Source of the DNA: Candidatus Parcubacteria bacterium
GTDB taxonomy: Bacteria > Patescibacteriota > Minisyncoccia > Phycocordibacterales > JBAYGS01
Assembly: GCA_039795895.1 (NCBI GenBank)
Contig: JBDKKW010000004.1
Span: 1-59,955, forward strand
DNA: 59,955 nucleotides
Direction: 5' to 3'
Part shown: piece after piece, positions 36,501-46,913 of the stretch
Numbering within the stretch: position 1 is the first letter of the stretch
Layout: the number at the start of each line of letters is the position of its first letter
Notes under the pieces: generated by a model
Database searches by the model: none
What the model was told of the DNA's origin: nothing
Seen by the model: the letters and a program-made list of their open reading frames with translations, nothing else
Made by a program: the position numbers and the translations under genes

Positions 36501-38666
36501 ATGGATTTTAACTCTCTAATCGCCCCACACTTTCGCCTCAATGACTTCCAAAAAAAGGCGCTGGCGAAGCTCGGCATCAAGACTGTCGAGGATATGCTCT
36601 ACCACTTCCCGACTCGCTACGGGAATACGTCTGACATGAAAAATATCGGGAGCTTGGTCAAAGGTGAGGACGCGGTGGTCTTTGGAAAAATCAGTGGACT
36701 CAAAACCAGCAAAGGTTTCAAAACCAAAATTCCGATGGGAGATGGCACCATCACCGACGACACAGGAAAAATAAAAGCCGTGTGGTTCAATCAACCCTAC
36801 CTCGCCAAGATGACCGCCGAAGGGAGCCTGGTTCGAGTCGAGGGTAAAGTGTCAGAGAGAAAGAAAACTGGCGAGCTATACTTCTCCAATCCGAAGATTG
36901 AAACCGTCGCAAAGCTCCCTGTCGGCGTCGGCGACTCGCTCTTTGGCAACGACAGCGAAGCACACACGCTCTACCCTATCTATCCAGAATCTCGCGGGGT
37001 GACTTCCAACTGGCTCTACCACGCCGTCCAAAAAATCTTTCGATCGGGTATTCTTGACACACTCGTCGACCCCATCCCCGAAGACATACTGAAAAAATAC
37101 AACTTACCAACCCTTCGCACCGCATTGATTTGGATCCACACACCACTCTCAGACGACAACGCTCTCGCTGCTCGCAAACGTTTCGCTTTTGAAGAAATCT
37201 TTTTTATTCAGCTCGAAAAGCAAAAAGCTCGACGCGAGTATCAAAAACAAAAAGCGTTTGTGATCGAGCCGACAGCCGAAGTGGTAGAGAAATTTATTTC
37301 CCGCTTCCCTTTCCAAGCAACAGACGCCCAGAGAAAAGCAATCGAGACCACCCTCGCTGATTTTAAAAAAGGCTATGCCATGTCACGCCTACTTGAAGGT
37401 GACGTAGGCTCGGGCAAGACGGCGGTGGCGGCGACCACGGCGTATGCGACAATTGTAAGTAAGCCTGCCGGCAGGCAGTTTGGCCATCTCCAAGTTGTCT
37501 ATATGTGTCCGACCGAAATCCTCGCTTCCCAGCATTTCGAAAGCTTCATCGAATATTTTAAACATATGCCGATCAACATCGGCCTCATCACCGGATCTGG
37601 CTGTCGCAAATTCCCCTCAAAATTAAATCCTGGAGGCTGGACCGATATCTCTCGTTCACAACTCTTAAAATGGGTGGCTTCCGGCGACGTACCGATTCTC
37701 ATCGGTACCCACGCGCTGATTCAAAAAGCAGTGAAGTTTAAACACTTAGCCTATGTGATTATCGACGAGCAGCATCGCTTCGGTACTGCTCAGCGACAAA
37801 AGCTTACGATCAAAGACGGCATCACTCCGCACTTACTCTCAATGACTGCCACCCCGATTCCCCGCACACTCACACTCACGATGTACGGTGACCTCGACCT
37901 CACACTCCTTGACCAAATGCCTCACGGACGAAAACCCATCATCACCGACATTGTGCTCCCGACTGGGCGAGAAAAGATGTACGAAAAAATTCACGCCGAA
38001 CTTGAGACTGGCCGACAAGCCTATATTATTTGTCCCCGTATCGACGAACCAGACCCGACCAAAGAAATGGCACTCAATGCCAAGTCCGTAACCGAAGAAG
38101 CCAAGAGATTGAAAGCAAAAGTCTTTCAACAATACGAAATCGGCGTGCTTCACAGCAAGATGCGAGACGACGACAAAGAAGCGGTGATGGCAGATTTTAA
38201 AGCAGGAAAAATAGACATTCTCTGTGCCACATCGGTCGTGGAAGTGGGAGTAAACGTGCCCAACGCCACCGTGATTGTAATCGAAGGTGCAGAGCGTTTC
38301 GGCCTGTCACAACTCCACCAGCTCCGTGGACGCGTGATCCGAAGCAATCATCAGGCATATTGTTTTGTGTACGCAGAAAGCGCCGGAGAAAAGACCGTCG
38401 ATAGGTTGAATGCCCTCAAAACTGCAAAAAACGGATTCGAACTCGCTGAATATGACCTCAAATTCCGCGGTGCCGGATCGCTCTGGGGAGGCAAACAATG
38501 GGGAGTCTCAGACATCGCGATGGAAGCATTGCAGAATCTGAAAATGGTAGAGGCTGCACGCACCGAAGCTACTCGCCTCATCGATACCGACGAGACTCTT
38601 TCACAATTCCCTCTTATCAAAAAGCATCTTGAACATAGAGCCAAGGACAAGATTCACTTTGAGTAA
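36501..38666 (+). CDS. recG: ATP-dependent DNA helicase RecG
   Basis: RLLEGDVGSGKT, DEQHRFG, MTATPIPRT, AERFGLSQLHQLRGRV. Confidence 0.97.
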   Translation: MDFNSLIAPHFRLNDFQKKALAKLGIKTVEDMLYHFPTRYGNTSDMKNIGSLVKGEDAVVFGKISGLKTSKGFKTKIPMGDGTITDDTGKIKAVWFNQPYLAKMTAEGSLVRVEGKVSERKKTGELYFSNPKIETVAKLPVGVGDSLFGNDSEAHTLYPIYPESRGVTSNWLYHAVQKIFRSGILDTLVDPIPEDILKKYNLPTLRTALIWIHTPLSDDNALAARKRFAFEEIFFIQLEKQKARREYQKQKAFVIEPTAEVVEKFISRFPFQATDAQRKAIETTLADFKKGYAMSRLLEGDVGSGKTAVAATTAYATIVSKPAGRQFGHLQVVYMCPTEILASQHFESFIEYFKHMPINIGLITGSGCRKFPSKLNPGGWTDISRSQLLKWVASGDVPILIGTHALIQKAVKFKHLAYVIIDEQHRFGTAQRQKLTIKDGITPHLLSMTATPIPRTLTLTMYGDLDLTLLDQMPHGRKPIITDIVLPTGREKMYEKIHAELETGRQAYIICPRIDEPDPTKEMALNAKSVTEEAKRLKAKVFQQYEIGVLHSKMRDDDKEAVMADFKAGKIDILCATSVVEVGVNVPNATVIVIEGAERFGLSQLHQLRGRVIRSNHQAYCFVYAESAGEKTVDRLNALKTAKNGFELAEYDLKFRGAGSLWGGKQWGVSDIAMEALQNLKMVEAARTEATRLIDTDETLSQFPLIKKHLEHRAKDKIHFE

Positions 38667-38671
38667 TTAAA

Positions 38672-38697
38672 AAGCGCGCAACTTTCGTTGCGCGCTT
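38672..38697. terminator. Terminator between recG and the island
   Basis: AAGCGCGCAAC-tttc-GTTGCGCGCTT. Confidence 0.7.
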
Positions 38698-38704
38698 GCG
38701 ATTT

Positions 38705-39634
38705 TCAAACAGAAACGACCGCAGGTTTCGGACGGAGCCGATGATCTTCTTCTTCGGTCAATGTCTGGAACGAGTTTGGATGCCTGAGGTCAAACTCACG
38801 CACATGAACACGGTGATCCGGTTTAAAACCAGGACCTTCCATAATATCGCGAACCCTCTCAGTGAATGCCTTCTCACCTTTGACCTTGGTCGGGAGTGTC
38901 TCCCCTGAGAGCGGAATATCACGAACAATCTTTGCGCCACGCGGATGATCATCTCCCCGATCGTCAGTGTGATACTGCGACAAGAGAATCAGTCGCGTGC
39001 CCAGGAAGACCGCCTCGGACACATCATGCGTCACAAAGAACACTGTCATCTTCCGCTTCTCCCAGAGCTCAAGCAAGAAGACTTGCAAGCGTTCACGAGT
39101 CGAAGGGTCGAGCGCACCAAACGGTTCATCCATGAAGATGATATCCGGATTGGTGATCAGGGATTGGGCGATGGCCACTCGCTGACATTGTCCACCAGAG
39201 AGCTGGTGTGGGTATTTGTCCGCGTGAGCAGTCAAATCCACCTCATCAAGATACTCCATTGCTTCGGCTCGAAGTTTCTTGCGATTCTTCAGTCGATACC
39301 AGAGCGGATGAGTCAGCTCGAGACCAATCATCACATTCCCGAACACAGTAAGATGCGGGAACAATCCGTATTTTTGTGGCACCCATCCACGACGGCCGTC
39401 AGGGAACCCCACCGGCGCATCATTTACCCTCACAATTCCCTCGTATCCCAAGTCTCTGCCGAGGCAAATATTGAGCAGGGTTGTTTTACCACAACCAGAA
39501 GGACCTATTAGAGAGATAAACTCTCCAGGCGACACCTTGAGATCAACATTTTCGAGCACCGCACGAGCACCTGTCGGACTCTTGTCGTCAGAAAACCTGC
39601 GATAGAGGTTTTCAATATGAAGTTGATGATTCAT
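38705..39634 (-). CDS. ABC transporter ATP-binding protein (NitT/TauT family)
   Basis: GPSGCGKTT, LSGGQ, MDEPFGALD, VTHD. Confidence 0.95.
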   Translation of the reverse strand: MNHQLHIENLYRRFSDDKSPTGARAVLENVDLKVSPGEFISLIGPSGCGKTTLLNICLGRDLGYEGIVRVNDAPVGFPDGRRGWVPQKYGLFPHLTVFGNVMIGLELTHPLWYRLKNRKKLRAEAMEYLDEVDLTAHADKYPHQLSGGQCQRVAIAQSLITNPDIIFMDEPFGALDPSTRERLQVFLLELWEKRKMTVFFVTHDVSEAVFLGTRLILLSQYHTDDRGDDHPRGAKIVRDIPLSGETLPTKVKGEKAFTERVRDIMEGPGFKPDHRVHVREFDLRHPNSFQTLTEEEDHRLRPKPAVVSV

Positions 39635-39637
39635 AAG

Positions 39638-40480
39638 TTAATTCTCCTTTTGTTTTGTATACCACCAACAACACAACAAGATGGTTGTCCGGAGCAACCA
39701 CGTCATCACGTAGCCGAGCACCACCACCCAGAGGGCATACGGTATGATCACATCCATCGCCAAGTAGCGACGAACGAGATAAATCCGATAGCCAATGCCC
39801 GATGAAGCAGCAATTGCTTCTGCAAGAATCAGTGAATACCATGCCACACCGAGACTGACCGAGAGAATCTCGATTAGCCGAGGTATCGCTTGAGGCAAGA
39901 TGACGCGGTAGACCACATCAAGCTGTCCTGCACCAAGGGTAAATGACCGAGTGATTTGATCACCCGCGAGCTTTGACACCGCCGAGTAAATCGCAAGCGT
40001 CATTGCCGGTGCCATACTAATCACGATAAGCACCACCTTTGACAACTCTTCTACTCCGCAAACTATGAAGAGCGCGGGAAGAATCACTGGTGGTGGAATC
40101 ATATTCCAGAACCGTAGAACGGGCATCAACACAGCATCCATTCCTTTGAACAGTGCCATATTCATCCCAAACCACAGCGCCAGAAATGACGCGATACCAG
40201 CCCCGTAAGCGAGTCGTTTGAGACTGACAAACGTATCATTCCAAAACAGATAGTGACCAGTTTTGACATCCGGCTTGGTCGCCACCTCCAAAAAGGCGTG
40301 ATAGATTTTGGCCGGAGTAGGCATCAGTTTTTCATCTGGATTTTCTTGATTACGCACCGATGAGAACCAGAGGTAACAACCGACAAGTACCACAAATGGC
40401 AGGGCACCCAGCAGAACGGAGAGCTTTTCTCCAGGCTCTGCATGCATACCCCAAAACCACGGAATCCTGATTTTGTTCAT
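39638..40480 (-). CDS. ABC transporter permease (NitT/TauT family)
   Basis: Multiple TMs, degenerate EAA loop (TLGA), LAEAIAASSGIGYRI. Confidence 0.9.
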   Translation of the reverse strand: MNKIRIPWFWGMHAEPGEKLSVLLGALPFVVLVGCYLWFSSVRNQENPDEKLMPTPAKIYHAFLEVATKPDVKTGHYLFWNDTFVSLKRLAYGAGIASFLALWFGMNMALFKGMDAVLMPVLRFWNMIPPPVILPALFIVCGVEELSKVVLIVISMAPAMTLAIYSAVSKLAGDQITRSFTLGAGQLDVVYRVILPQAIPRLIEILSVSLGVAWYSLILAEAIAASSGIGYRIYLVRRYLAMDVIIPYALWVVVLGYVMTWLLRTTILLCCWWYTKQKEN

Positions 40481-40618
40481 ATGTTTTAACCTTTCATTTC
40501 GAAGAACCACTGCATACCCACTATGGGTTTCTATCTTCCATATTACATATATTCATTGTATTGTCAAGCATATTAAAACCCCAGATGCGCGAACGCACCT
40601 GGGGTTGTGAGGAGGATA

Positions 40619-41680
40619 CTACAGCTTTCCAGCCGCAGCTTCCACCATGTATTTGGGCTCAAAACGAAGCTTCACATTTCTGGTCGAGCCGAGCACGGAT
40701 CCGTCCGGGAACTGAATCCCGACGTAGTCCTTTGACCCTGCCCCATTGTAGAGGCCCCGATCGTAGCAGAAGCCACGAACGTAGTCGAGTGTAGTCTTCA
40801 ACTTCGGATCCTTCATGAACTCGACCGCCTTTGCAGGGTCGTAGAACATGTAGGTGGTCTTGAGCTGTGCACCAAACTCACTGTCTGTGCCCCCCGCACT
40901 TTTGGCCATCGAGGCGAGTGCCTGCGATGACTTGTCGCCCTGGCCGTTCATGATTTTCATCACGGCATACCAGGTAGCAGTCAGCGCACGCTTCACTCCT
41001 TCCGGCGCATCAGTGCGAACAAGCAAGACGTCCATGACCTCGCCAGGAATCTGGCTCGAGTCGAAGACTTTCGTTGCTCCTTTCGTCTGACGCACTGTCA
41101 TCAGCGGTGGATTCCAAGTGACCGTCGCCGCGTTGCCAGTCGCCGCCGTAAAAAGGGCGGCGATGTCGCTATCAGAGACGTTTTTGGTCTTCACTTTGGT
41201 GATGGGCATATTTGCCATGCCAAGCGCGCGGTAGAGCACATAGTGCGACACCGAGTTTTCGACCAGCATTACTTCCCGACCGGCGAGGTCTGCCACCTTC
41301 GTGCCGTTTTTGAGGACGATAGCGTCGTTGCCGTTGCTATAATCCCCCATAATGAGCACAGTGGAGTCCACCCCGCCGACACACGGACCGACAAGCGCGT
41401 CCATTTCGGTGATCGTCACCGCTACCACGGACTTGTCCGAGGTATAGCGGTTGATCGACTCACCGTAGTCGTTGATGAGCTCGAGCTTGATGCTGACCCC
41501 AAACTTCTTAGCCTGTTCGGCCAAGATTCCCGAGGATTCAGCATACGCCCACGGTTCCCAACCGGTATAGTGCGACCAGACCACCTTGTAAGGCGCCTGA
41601 CCCACGACCGACTGAACACCAAGCATCACGACAGCACACGCCATCACCAACACCGACATAACCGACAGTTGCTTTTTCAT
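40619..41680 (-). CDS. ABC transporter substrate-binding protein (NMT1/SsuA-like, putative urea-ABC SBP family)
   Basis: Signal peptide, WSHYTGWEPW, DYSNGNDAI, SVSHY, TWNP, FDSSQIPGE. Confidence 0.85.
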   Translation of the reverse strand: MKKQLSVMSVLVMACAVVMLGVQSVVGQAPYKVVWSHYTGWEPWAYAESSGILAEQAKKFGVSIKLELINDYGESINRYTSDKSVVAVTITEMDALVGPCVGGVDSTVLIMGDYSNGNDAIVLKNGTKVADLAGREVMLVENSVSHYVLYRALGMANMPITKVKTKNVSDSDIAALFTAATGNAATVTWNPPLMTVRQTKGATKVFDSSQIPGEVMDVLLVRTDAPEGVKRALTATWYAVMKIMNGQGDKSSQALASMAKSAGGTDSEFGAQLKTTYMFYDPAKAVEFMKDPKLKTTLDYVRGFCYDRGLYNGAGSKDYVGIQFPDGSVLGSTRNVKLRFEPKYMVEAAAGKL

Positions 41681-41721
41681 TTTCTGATTTCCTTTCGTTG
41701 AGTTGTTGAACTGAGACTTTT

Positions 41722-43020
41722 TCAGGCAGCAAGCGCTGGCCTGCCGGGAGCACTATCGATATCGAGCGTAATGACGGGTTTGGCTTTGTTTGCCTTTTCC
41801 ATCCGCTCAATCGTCTTGAACCCTTTATCCACCATCTGACGATGGCGATCAATGTTTTCCTTCATCTGACCGAGGGCATTTTGACGAAACGCGCTGATGT
41901 CATTGAAGGCACCAACCGCTTCATCCATCGCACGCTGAAGGACATCCATATTGAGCATCGAGGACGATGCCTGCTTCTGGATCGCTGCCCCTTGAGTGCG
42001 CAGAGCCGCGGCATTGTAGGTGATGAAATCTTCAGTCACCCGATTGAGATCCTCAATCTTGCCAATGATGATCTTTTGCTTGGCCAGAGCCAGAGCAACG
42101 GTCACCCCCACACGAAGTGCGGGCTCTGTCACATTGCGACAACGCTCAATCCCCCGGACCAATTCCAAATTGTTCCGGATGATGATTTCGTAGCTCATAA
42201 TCCCCTGCTGGGCAACCACGAGCTGTTGCTGGAGATCCAGCAAACGTTGACGCAAAGAGAACAGCAGTTCTTCTTGCACGAGCTTACGCTGTTCGCTTCC
42301 CTCAGGGAAACGAAGAGCTTCAGCCTCGAGTTGCTTATCAATCAAGTAACCCATCGCAATGATGCGCTGGAGCTTGATTGTCAGCTCACGCATGGCAGCC
42401 TGATCATCCCGAAGAATGTCATTGTCACGGAGCAGTTCCTTCTTGTCAGTCTCGAGAGCGACAAACAGTGAGCTGATCACGTTGCCCGCACTTTCGTAGC
42501 GGACAAAGAATTTATTCACCGGTTTGCCGACAAGTGGCAAGAAAGAGAACGCGCGTCCGAACCAGCCGGGCTCGAAGTTGAATTTGCGCGGATTAACCGC
42601 ATCAAAATTTACCTTGAGATCAGCCAGCCGACCAGCAATCTTACCCCCATCATCTCCGAGGTCCATGAGGCGACGCATCGGCTGATTGAGCATCTTGCTC
42701 GACTCAGCGAGACGATTCCCCACGTTACCACCGAATTGGGCAACTGCATCTTTGGCAGCCTTCTGACCATCAGTGGTGCCGTTGATTGAGGCGAGCAACT
42801 GATCAACAAACCGTTGAGCCTGTTGCTGATCGCCCGGATTGACCGAACCACTTTCCGCAGCAGACTTGATCTGGTCAGGAGTAAGCAATTCAAGATCCTG
42901 AGCTACTCGCGTAGCCACGGGAAGTTGAGGAGCAGGACTCTGTGCCAGAGCAGTCTTGATCATCGAGAGCGGATCCGCTTGAGAGCGTTCCGCAACCATT
43001 GTAGGAGGAGCTGAGTTCAT
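41722..43020 (-). CDS. Toxic anion resistance protein TelA/KlaA family
   Basis: Long coiled-coil protein, LLRDN, ELLFSLRQRLLDLQQQ, NNLEL.RG; start at MNSAPP after an AGGAAA SD. Confidence 0.8.
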   Translation of the reverse strand: MNSAPPTMVAERSQADPLSMIKTALAQSPAPQLPVATRVAQDLELLTPDQIKSAAESGSVNPGDQQQAQRFVDQLLASINGTTDGQKAAKDAVAQFGGNVGNRLAESSKMLNQPMRRLMDLGDDGGKIAGRLADLKVNFDAVNPRKFNFEPGWFGRAFSFLPLVGKPVNKFFVRYESAGNVISSLFVALETDKKELLRDNDILRDDQAAMRELTIKLQRIIAMGYLIDKQLEAEALRFPEGSEQRKLVQEELLFSLRQRLLDLQQQLVVAQQGIMSYEIIIRNNLELVRGIERCRNVTEPALRVGVTVALALAKQKIIIGKIEDLNRVTEDFITYNAAALRTQGAAIQKQASSSMLNMDVLQRAMDEAVGAFNDISAFRQNALGQMKENIDRHRQMVDKGFKTIERMEKANKAKPVITLDIDSAPGRPALAA

Positions 43021-43087
43021 ACTTACTGTTTCCTTTCTTTTTCTGTTTGTTGTTTTAACTTTATTTTTGTTTACCACCAACACTGAG

Positions 43088-43921
43088 TCACTTCGGATCA
43101 GACGGATCCAAAGTAATACTTGTTTCCGACCGTTTGACCAGTCGGGCGAGCGATTCGATGATAGAGTCGAGAGACGTACTGTCCCCTTGCTCGATGTGAG
43201 CAACTCTATCAATCAACTGCTCGATAGTTGTGAGCGCCATCTCGTTGTCCGCAAGCAATCGTTTGATTTCAGCCTGAGCATCATCATAGATTTTTTTGCG
43301 AAGCTTGACGGCACTAAGTGTTCGCTCATCGGCATCATCGCGTGTCAATTTTTCGAGTCGAACAATGTCTTTTGTCCAACCGCGAATATCGGCATTGCGA
43401 TGTATCGATAGCAGATCCGCAACTTGATTCAAGCTACGGAGTCCACTTGCATACACTTGTTCGGCACCCTCAAGGCACCGAACAAACATCAGTTCACCCG
43501 AGGTCAATCGACTATAGAGGATTTCCCTCAGTCGCTCTATCCCCGAACGAAAATGTTCAAGTTGTTCTGTGCCTTTGGCACAGTCAACCCCAACAAGTTT
43601 GGTTTCAAGCTCTCTCGCACGCGAAGACTGATCTTCGGCACGTAAAGCTCGTTGCTCGCGGAAGTATTCGAGAACGTGTTCATCCTTTTTTCCAAAGAAG
43701 TTCAACGCCCAACGACCTCCCGCAAAAGCCACCCCACCAGTAAAGATGAGTGCCGGTATTGCTGCCGACACTCCAAGGAATAAGCCCGTAGCACAGGCTC
43801 CGACCACTCCAATTCCCGCCGGTATTACTACCAGAGGATCCTGAAGTGTGTCCGACCTCACCTGACGCATTGCTGCGTCGAGGCTTAATTCAGCCGGACG
43901 CGATGCGTTTTGAGAATCCAT
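43088..43921 (-). CDS. TelA partner: 2-TM plus coiled-coil protein (XpaC-like position)
   Basis: Two N-terminal TMs and a helical C-terminus; directly upstream of telA. Confidence 0.65.
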   Translation of the reverse strand: MDSQNASRPAELSLDAAMRQVRSDTLQDPLVVIPAGIGVVGACATGLFLGVSAAIPALIFTGGVAFAGGRWALNFFGKKDEHVLEYFREQRALRAEDQSSRARELETKLVGVDCAKGTEQLEHFRSGIERLREILYSRLTSGELMFVRCLEGAEQVYASGLRSLNQVADLLSIHRNADIRGWTKDIVRLEKLTRDDADERTLSAVKLRKKIYDDAQAEIKRLLADNEMALTTIEQLIDRVAHIEQGDSTSLDSIIESLARLVKRSETSITLDPSDPK

Positions 43922-44107
43922 ATATTTTAATGTTTTTTGCTTCGTTTTGAGTTTTCAAGGTACTTGTACAAGACAAGTCACCCTGCTTGTTTCTGTATGA
44001 CATTATGCATAAATGCTTGAGATTGTCAAGGTTTTTGTCCCCTACTACTTGCGCAAAAGAAAAGCGCCGGAAATGCTTTTGCAAAAGCATTTTCGGCGCG
44101 CGAATGA

Positions 44108-45016
44108 CTACCTCGCAACTTCAAAGTCAAAACCAAAGATGTTGCGAGTCCCCACCCGAGAACCAGCTTGTCCATCGACCTCAATCGGCGTCACGTAGTG
44201 CCACAAAGGCGACCCGCCATCAGCCTGAAAGATCCCCTGCCCTGGCTCGAGTGTGTGCTCGAGATAGACAGTCGTCTTGTCCGGACCGTAGACGAGACTC
44301 TTTCCTCCCACAATTCCCTGTCGCAATAGCACCAAGGCCGACACGATATAGTCGGCGCCATCTTGATGAATACCTTCAGGAGAATTATCACCCGGACTAT
44401 TTTCTCGAGTGACAATACTGACTTGATGGCAGGTAATCGTCAGTGATTTAAGACAAGGTTCAACCCCACGGACGATATTTGCCAGAGCAATCAGCAATTT
44501 CTGAAACTCACCGTGGTCAGCGACACCAGGAGACATCTCAGCAAAGAATCGTGCTTTTGCTCGATAGTCATCGGTGGCTAATTTTTGTGCAAAGCCACCC
44601 ACCGGCATCCGATTGAACTGCCAGAATCCTGGTCTGGTCGGAACACACACAAATCGTGCCACCGCACGCTTGCGTGAGGGAATAATGCACTCAAACACAT
44701 CACGCTCGTCACGAGGCAACCTCGACACCAGATGCGTAATGACCCTTGATTCGTGTTCATCGATATGGAAGTCTGCGTAAAAGGCTTTAAGCAACTCAGC
44801 TTGATCCGGAAAAACTCGAGAAAGAAAACGAAGTTGCTTCGAAACATAGTCGTAGTAATCCCACGGCAGAGTCTCAAATGTTGGGAGCACATCGGTCATC
44901 AGTTTTACCTGATCGACACCAATCCCTGCGAGATTAAATAGCCGGAGTGGATGAGTAATCGGAATAGCCAATTGGTCAGACAGGGATTTTTCATCCTGAA
45001 GATACGTTACTTTCAT
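44108..45016 (-). CDS. 2OG-Fe(II) dioxygenase family protein
   Basis: PEGIHQDG (HxD), WHYVTP (distal His), C-terminal Arg. Confidence 0.85.
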   Translation of the reverse strand: MKVTYLQDEKSLSDQLAIPITHPLRLFNLAGIGVDQVKLMTDVLPTFETLPWDYYDYVSKQLRFLSRVFPDQAELLKAFYADFHIDEHESRVITHLVSRLPRDERDVFECIIPSRKRAVARFVCVPTRPGFWQFNRMPVGGFAQKLATDDYRAKARFFAEMSPGVADHGEFQKLLIALANIVRGVEPCLKSLTITCHQVSIVTRENSPGDNSPEGIHQDGADYIVSALVLLRQGIVGGKSLVYGPDKTTVYLEHTLEPGQGIFQADGGSPLWHYVTPIEVDGQAGSRVGTRNIFGFDFEVAR

Positions 45017-45170
45017 AGGTATTTTGGTTTTGATTTGAAAAAGAGCAACAAGACAACGTCTGTCTTGTGTATATTCTGGTGCGACGATACCATATAATAT
45101 TACTTATTGTCAAATGTGATTTACGAGAAATAGAAAAGCCCCGTCTCGCTTCGCGAGACGGGGCTTACGA

Positions 45171-46748
45171 TCAAAACACATCTGTTAGGAGACTAATCTC
45201 CACTCTCGGCAGACGATACCCATAGGCTCGATTACTCTCATCGGGTAGGCGCGGGAGTGGCTTACTACTCCCCAACCCTACCGCCAACATCCGATTGGAT
45301 TCGATACCATGAGTGACTTCAAGATAGCGCATCGCCGCTTCTGCCCGAGCCAGAGACAATTCCTGATTGGCTGTCGGATCGCCGACAATATCAGTGTGTC
45401 CCCGAATCCCGAGTCGAAACGCCGGATACCGCTTAATCTTTTCAGCAATTGAATCGATCACTTGCTTACCGTCAAGCGTCAGCTCATCGCTTCCGCTTTG
45501 AAACTTAATCGGCTCCACTTTCAGAGTACCCACGTCACGCAAGCGCGCCCACTGAGCAGGGGTGAGTGCCGAAAATCGACTACCATCACTACCGACCACA
45601 GGCATACCGCCGGTCACATTGGTGAATCCGACTTTGACACCAGAGGCATACAAGTCGTCGATGAAGTCGCCTTTGGTGAGCATCAACGGATTGTCTCCAG
45701 GAAGCGGGTTGCGACTAAAGTCGCCCACCTCTCGCAAGACAGTCACCACTGCATCAATCGTCTCGGCCAAGACTCGCTCCGGCCGAACGCCTTGATTTTG
45801 TGCGTGAGACACACCAAACCAAGTCTTGGCATTGTCAGTGAGACTGACCCACGACACACCATTGATCATCTGGCTCACCGAAGCACGGTCAGCGATATGC
45901 ATCTCATTACCCAACTCTTTTTCCAACTCATCAGGATGATCTCGGTACTGCTTGAGTACCCGAAAATACGTCTTGAGTAGAATGGAAACGACTTCGGGTC
46001 GATCTGCAATCGTCTTCTGGCTTGCCAAAAGAACGTCGACGATCACATGTGATGTGCGTTCACTTCCCAAGATTTTACCAACACCTTTGATCTCGAGCGC
46101 CTTGGAAACTTGTGGTTCCCAGAGCACCGCGACCGACACTTCTTTGTTCTGCAACATACGAAGTGCATCGGCCGAATCTTTTGAGGGAATCTTGAGTGGT
46201 GACTTTTTCACCCGAAGCAGTGGAATGTCGAAATCGACACCAGCCACTTTCATCAAGTGATGCGACGGAGAGTCAGGAGTGAACGCGATTTTCTTGGTCA
46301 CCTTTTCGCGAAGCGCGTCGAGTGACGCCACTTCGTTGGTGTAGGCCACCATCGCGTCCCCGCCTTTTGACTCATCAATCACCGCCACGATACTGGCGGA
46401 ATAATTGTGTGTTGCTCCGTTGAGCACATAGGAATCAACCGTCGCAACCGCGAGATTGACCGTATTTGCCGACAGAGCTTTCATCCGTGCAGGATAATCC
46501 GCCTTATCATCGACACACTCAACCAGATAGCCTTCCTGAAGCATCTCTTTCTTGAGTCGTAAAGACCTAAACGGGAAATATCCCACCCAATCATCTACCG
46601 CGATGACAATCTTGCCCTTGGTCGCTTTGGCATCGGACATATTTTTCTGCCGATACTCCGCAACGTGAGGCTGAGCAAACTTCCAGATTCCCATACCAAT
46701 AATTGAAAGCAAAACAAACCACATCGTGATTTTTGTGCTGAATTTCAT
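45171..46748 (-). CDS. Membrane-anchored substrate-binding domain fused to an OmpA-like peptidoglycan-binding domain
   Basis: N-terminal TM, DDWVGY, DESKGGDA, VLWEP; C-terminal FQSGS...GHTD...NQELSLARA...G.G...RVEI. Confidence 0.87.
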   Translation of the reverse strand: MKFSTKITMWFVLLSIIGMGIWKFAQPHVAEYRQKNMSDAKATKGKIVIAVDDWVGYFPFRSLRLKKEMLQEGYLVECVDDKADYPARMKALSANTVNLAVATVDSYVLNGATHNYSASIVAVIDESKGGDAMVAYTNEVASLDALREKVTKKIAFTPDSPSHHLMKVAGVDFDIPLLRVKKSPLKIPSKDSADALRMLQNKEVSVAVLWEPQVSKALEIKGVGKILGSERTSHVIVDVLLASQKTIADRPEVVSILLKTYFRVLKQYRDHPDELEKELGNEMHIADRASVSQMINGVSWVSLTDNAKTWFGVSHAQNQGVRPERVLAETIDAVVTVLREVGDFSRNPLPGDNPLMLTKGDFIDDLYASGVKVGFTNVTGGMPVVGSDGSRFSALTPAQWARLRDVGTLKVEPIKFQSGSDELTLDGKQVIDSIAEKIKRYPAFRLGIRGHTDIVGDPTANQELSLARAEAAMRYLEVTHGIESNRMLAVGLGSSKPLPRLPDESNRAYGYRLPRVEISLLTDVF

Positions 46749-46913
46749 AGAGTCCTTTTTGTGTTTTGAGTTTTAAAAAACTAGTGTTCTGGTGCGGATG
46801 GTAACATATATAGAAAGATTAGTCAATCACTCTCGCTGATACTTCCCCATTAAAAAATCCCCCTCCATCGATGACGGAGAGGGACTCGTGAACATACTGC
46901 AATAGACGACCGT

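Noticed and set aside
43021-43212. N-terminal extension of TelA
   Set aside because: It overlaps the upstream gene and an A-rich intergenic tract; an SD precedes ATG 43020.
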